From assembly GCA_012032425.1 (NCBI GenBank), contig JAAUQE010000013.1, forward strand, positions 1 to 28,777: a stretch of 28,777 bases of DNA, written 5' to 3'. Numbering within the stretch: position 1 is the first letter of the stretch; each line of letters starts with the position of its first letter. The position numbers were made by a program, and so were the translations under genes. This DNA is from Leptolyngbya sp. RL_3_1. Its GTDB lineage: Bacteria > Cyanobacteriota > Cyanobacteriia > Phormidesmidales > Phormidesmidaceae. Positions 25,304 to 28,777 of the stretch are shown here, piece after piece. Below the pieces are notes generated by a model. That model saw only the letters and a list, made by a program, of their open reading frames with translations, was not told the DNA's origin and searched no databases.

Positions 25304-26053
25304 ATGATGTTCAAATTGGTAGCCATTCATTCTTTTCGCGGCGGTACCGGCAAATCCAACGTCACTGCTAATTTGGCCACCTTGATCGCCATGACCGGTA
25401 AGCGCGTCGGCATTGTCGATACAGACCTCCAGTCCCCTGGCATCCATATTCCCTTTGGGCTCAACCAAGCGAATGTGACTCGAACTTTGAATGACTACCT
25501 CTGGGGGATCTGCTCCATTGAAGAGGCGATGTACAACCTGACCCCCGAGGCCGTACAGCAGCGAAACGGGTCGATTTACCTAGCCCCAGGCAGCTTTAAA
25601 ACTGAGGAGATCACCCGCATCGTCAGTGAAGGGTACGAGATCACTCAACTCAGTGACGGCCTCAACACCCTGGCCGATCGCCTCAACCTTGACTACGTCT
25701 TTATCGATACCCATCCTGGGGTCAACAACGAAACCCTGTTGGCCATGGCCTTGTCAGACATGTTGCTAATGATTTTGCGGCCTGATGGTCAAGACTTTGA
25801 AGGGACGGCGGTCACCGTTGAGCTGGCGCAGCATTTGGGGATTCCCAAGCTGATGTTGGTGATTAATAAAGTGCTGAGTTCGTTGGATACAGACGGGGTG
25901 CGGCGACTGGTGGAAAAGACCTATAGCGTCCCAGTTGCCGGGGTTTTGCCCATGTCAGAGGAGATGATGTTGCTGGGTAGCCGAGAATTGTTTTGCCTGC
26001 GCTATCCGAAGCATCCCCTTACCCAAGAACTGGTGCGATCGCCCGCCATGTGA
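25304..26053 (+). CDS. Orphan ParA/MinD-family P-loop ATPase with a non-canonical deviant Walker A (SFRGGTGKS)
   Basis: 249 aa. Walker A HSFRGGTGKSNVTANLA, compared with the canonical (S/T)GKGGVGKTT, has Arg in place of the signature Lys and Phe in place of Gly. Walker B is LDYVFIDTHPG. No partner gene (minE, parB or mcdB-like) is adjacent, and tpiA follows after a 100 bp gap. Confidence 0.7.
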   Translation: MMFKLVAIHSFRGGTGKSNVTANLATLIAMTGKRVGIVDTDLQSPGIHIPFGLNQANVTRTLNDYLWGICSIEEAMYNLTPEAVQQRNGSIYLAPGSFKTEEITRIVSEGYEITQLSDGLNTLADRLNLDYVFIDTHPGVNNETLLAMALSDMLLMILRPDGQDFEGTAVTVELAQHLGIPKLMLVINKVLSSLDTDGVRRLVEKTYSVPVAGVLPMSEEMMLLGSRELFCLRYPKHPLTQELVRSPAM

Positions 26054-26153
26054 TGGCGTAATTACTGTGTAACGGTGATTTGCTCCGGGTCAGCTTTGCC
26101 TGTAGGATTCATGGATGCGTAGGTTACGCCTGTCCCTTGTTACCTAAGAATTC

Positions 26154-26879
26154 GTGCGTAAGATTGTTCTCGCTGGCAACTGGAAAATGCACAAAACTCA
26201 GGCAGAGTCCCTGACGTTTTTGCAAGGGTTTGTCAGTCAGCTCTCAGAAACCCCTGATGATCGGGAGATTATTCTTTGTGTGCCCTTTACGGCCCTGAGT
26301 ACCCTGTCTAAACATCTCCATGGTGGCCGCATTCAGCTCGGCGCGCAAAACATTCACTGGGCAGACAGCGGCGCTTACACCGGCGAGATTTCGGGCGAGA
26401 TGCTGACGGAGCTGGGGGTGCGCTACGTGATTGTCGGCCATAGTGAACGACGGCAACTGTTTTGTGACACCGACGAAACCGTCAACCAAAGACTGAAGGC
26501 CGCTCAACGCCATGGTCTTACCCCCATCCTCTGTGTCGGCGAAACCAAGCAACAGCGCGATGCTGGGGAAACAGAGGCGATTATCCAGCATCAGATTGAG
26601 AAAGGGTTAGTAGACATTGATCAGACCCGCCTAATCATTGCCTATGAACCGATTTGGGCGATCGGCACGGGGGATACCTGTGAAACTAGCGAAGCCAACC
26701 GTGTCACCGGTCTGATTCGTCAGCAGCTCACCTATAAGGATGTTCCCATTCAGTACGGCGGCTCGGTCAAGCCCAGCAATGTGGATGAAATCATGGCTCA
26801 GCCTGATATTGACGGGGCGCTGGTGGGAGGCGCAAGCCTAGAGCCAAGTAGCTTCAGCCGCATTGTGAACTATCAGTAG
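26154..26879 (+). CDS. tpiA: Triose-phosphate isomerase TpiA
   Basis: 241 aa with AGNWKMH, the catalytic region [10 protein letters not shown] and [11 protein letters not shown]. The start is a GTG at 26154. Confidence 0.9.
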   Translation: MRKIVLAGNWKMHKTQAESLTFLQGFVSQLSETPDDREIILCVPFTALSTLSKHLHGGRIQLGAQNIHWADSGAYTGEISGEMLTELGVRYVIVGHSERRQLFCDTDETVNQRLKAAQRHGLTPILCVGETKQQRDAGETEAIIQHQIEKGLVDIDQTRLIIAYEPIWAIGTGDTCETSEANRVTGLIRQQLTYKDVPIQYGGSVKPSNVDEIMAQPDIDGALVGGASLEPSSFSRIVNYQ

Positions 26880-26927
26880 CCCGATTAACCTACCCTGGTC
26901 CGGTTTCACGACCTATAACCCCAACCG

Positions 26928-27082
26928 GTTTAAGAGGCTGTTTGAAAAGTTTGCGGGGTTAGCTTTAGTCACCTGCAACCCCCAGCGAGAGCCACGCATA
27001 AATCAAGGCTGTAGCTCCCACCCCGAGGGCATCAGGTATCCTTTCAAACTCGGGTCACCCCTTTGCAAACAGCCTCTAAGAC
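26928..27082. repeat. 22 bp imperfect inverted repeats (19/22) bounding a ~155 bp segment between tpiA and the SLC12-like gene; MITE-like or a long-range stem
   Basis: GTTTAAGAGGCTGTTTGAAAAG at 26928-26949 and CTTTGCAAACAGCCTCTAAGAC at 27061-27082, with a 12 bp perfect core AGAGGCTGTTTG/CAAACAGCCTCT. No target-site duplication is recognisable. Confidence 0.4.
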
Positions 27083-27087
27083 TAAAG

Positions 27088-28777
27088 CTATTCCTTTTGT
27101 AAGACCTCTGCAAAGGCGAGATCCTCAGAGGCCATGACAAAAATGGTGCTCGGTAAAGGGCTGCTCTGGATTTGCAGCTTTTCGTAGTACTGCCCAAAGG
27201 CTTCGGCACTGGTGGGTGTCGCCAACCCTAGAAATACCAAGTCAGCCTTTTGAGAGGACAGTCTTAGGATTTCCTCAAAGGGCCGACCATCCGCCACAAT
27301 CACCTGGGAACTGGCCCCAATGCGCAGGCTCTCCGTCAGGCGATTGAGATTCGCCTCAGCAGCGGCGGCGGCAGCCGGATCGGGTACGACCAGCTTGAGG
27401 CAAACTTCGGCCCCCTCGCCAATCCATGCTGGTGCGCAGCAAATAGGCCAAAATCAGCATCAGCCCGCCGTTAGCCTGTAGACCGCCCCACCAGACATCA
27501 ATGCGGCGATACTGGGCCGGACGGCGTTGGATCTGGGTAAAGGTTTCAGGGTCGCTGCGTAAAATCAAGACATTGCGTTTGGCCTGGTGGCATTGGGTGA
27601 CCATCCGGCAAAAGCGATCGCGGTTCTCCGGTTTTTCGGCATCCCCCAACAAAATGGTGTTGGGCATCAGCGGCCCCATGCCATAGGCTTCCATCAGTTG
27701 GGTCATGCCCGCAAAGGGGTCGGGTGCCGTCACCAACCTGACAAAGGCTTGAATGCCTTGCCGCTCAAGATAATCTTGCAGCGTCGTCTCCATGGCATCT
27801 TGTCGGGCCACATCCCGACTGCCAGAGGGCAACACGCTGGCCACCGTAAATAGACCCCGTTGGTGGGTCAAGGTGTGGGCCAGCGCAATCAGATGCCAGC
27901 GCTTAGCGGGAGATCCTGAGAAAACCAAAAGATGGGGCCGCCAGTTTTTGGAGTCGAGGGCACTGCCGATATTCAGCAGGGCGGCCCGCAGCAGGGTCAT
28001 CCACATCCCTTGGCGCACATCGCCCCAGGTACTTTTAATTTCCCGCCGCTCTAGCCATAGGTAAATACCCAAGACAATCACAGCGGCCAGGACCGTTGCC
28101 ACCGCATTGATCAAAAACATGATCGCCACGCAGGCCAGCGCCCCCAGCAAAGAGAAGCCCCAATGCACCTTGAAGGTGGGGCGGAAAGAAGGGCTGGCCA
28201 AAAACCCCTCCACCCCAGCAACCACATTCAGCACCATGTAGGTGGTGAGGAAAAACATGGTCAGGACCGGGGCAATCAGATTCAAGTCCCCCACGGAAAC
28301 TGCCGCCAGGGCAATACCCAGGCTAAACAGGGTGCCCAGGCGGGGCTCATCACTGGGACCATGGCCCTTGCCCAGCCAGCGGCAAGACCGAGGCAGGATG
28401 CCATCCCGAGCCAAGGCTTGCAATACTCTGGGCGCTCCCAGAATGCTGCCAAGGGCACTAGAGAGGGTCGCGCCCCAGACCCCCAGTAAAATCGCATCAC
28501 CCCAGATCGCCATCCGGCGCATCACGAGCGGTTCGGCAATTAAGGTATTGGCATCGGCTCGCCAGTAGAGCAGCAGGGGGATCACCATGTAGACCCCGTA
28601 ACCGACGGCGATCGCCGCCATCGTCCCAATCGGAATGGCCCGAGTCGGCTCTTTTAAGTCCCCTGACATGCTCACCCCAGCCATAATCCCGGTCACTGCT
28701 GGGAAGAACACCGCCAGCACCGCCCAAAAGCTGACGGAACCCGGCATTTCGGTGGAGGTCAGGATCACCGATTCGTG
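27088..28777 (-). CDS. SLC12/cation-chloride-cotransporter-like transporter (APC superfamily), N-terminus outside the window; frame broken by a 1-nt homopolymer frameshift near 27411-27415
   Basis: The open frame runs from the window edge to a stop at 27356 (...IDVWWGGLQANGGLMLILAYLLRTSMDWRGGRSLPQ...*). The conserved C-terminal segment (AEVCLKLVVPDPAAAAAAEANLNRLTESLRIGASSQVIVADGRPFEEIL...) continues in the +1 frame to the stop at 27088. Dropping one C from the CCCCC run at 27411-27415 (plus strand) joins the frames. Confidence 0.55.

Noticed and set aside
25304-26153. Idea that the ParA-like ATPase is McdA of a carboxysome-positioning McdAB pair
   Set aside because: McdA is normally followed by a small mcdB gene. 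Here only 100 bp of non-coding DNA separate the ATPase from tpiA, with no small ORF. The unusual Walker A is still reported as a finding without the McdA label.
1-28777. CRISPR arrays, transposase/integrase genes, prophage or toxin-antitoxin modules
   Set aside because: There are no regularly spaced direct repeats with unique spacers and no ORFs with transposase, integrase or phage hallmarks. The repeats present are short, few in copy and not spacer-interleaved.

Overview
This 28.8 kb window looks like a cyanobacterial chromosomal segment. GC content is roughly 58-60% and the HIP1 octamer GCGATCGC recurs dozens of times, including inside genes. I can support about 25 protein-coding genes on both strands, mostly housekeeping or core-metabolic:

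- Nucleotide and cofactor metabolism: a GuaD-like nucleoside deaminase, MazG, NadA, HisIE, ArgS, TpiA.
- Redox: two peroxiredoxins in tandem (a 2-Cys Prx and a Prx-like CxxC protein).
- Photosynthesis/carbon: CP12, NdhD, and a BicA-like SulP bicarbonate transporter.
- Signalling/regulation: a REC-LuxR response regulator and a class III nucleotidyl cyclase.
- Other: an orphan ParA/MinD-like ATPase, a NYN + OST-HTH (LOTUS) protein, an SPFH/band-7 protein, a cupin, DUF302, DUF2227-like, DUF1574/SGNH-like, YggT and EcsC-like proteins, and a partial SLC12-type transporter running off the 3' edge.

I found no rRNA, tRNA, CRISPR array, transposase or prophage genes.

Observations worth a second look:

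- At least four genes (EcsC-like, cupin, bicA, the SLC12-like transporter) are split by a +/-1 frameshift inside a short G/C homopolymer. The pattern (mixed over- and under-calls at G/C runs) favours assembly or sequencing error, but genuine pseudogenes or phase variation cannot be excluded.
- The cyclase has two cyclase-homology domains in one soluble polypeptide. The residue pattern suggests a C1/C2-like pseudo-heterodimer with a single active site, which is uncommon in bacteria.
- Several short repeat families and hairpins sit in non-coding DNA, and two of them overlap stop codons of unrelated genes.
- A hairpin pairs the likely Shine-Dalgarno sequence with the start codon of the DUF2227-like gene.
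- An 820 bp gene-poor, AT-richer stretch (3521-4345) carries an internal Rho-independent terminator and may encode a small RNA.
- A roughly 154 bp segment bounded by 22 bp inverted repeats lies between tpiA and the SLC12-like gene.
- An AT-rich divergent promoter region lies between ndhD and bicA, with a TTTGAC-N13-GTCAAA palindrome just upstream of bicA.

No single obviously novel multi-gene system stands out. Product calls rest on motifs read from the translations and on remembered family signatures, not on database searches.
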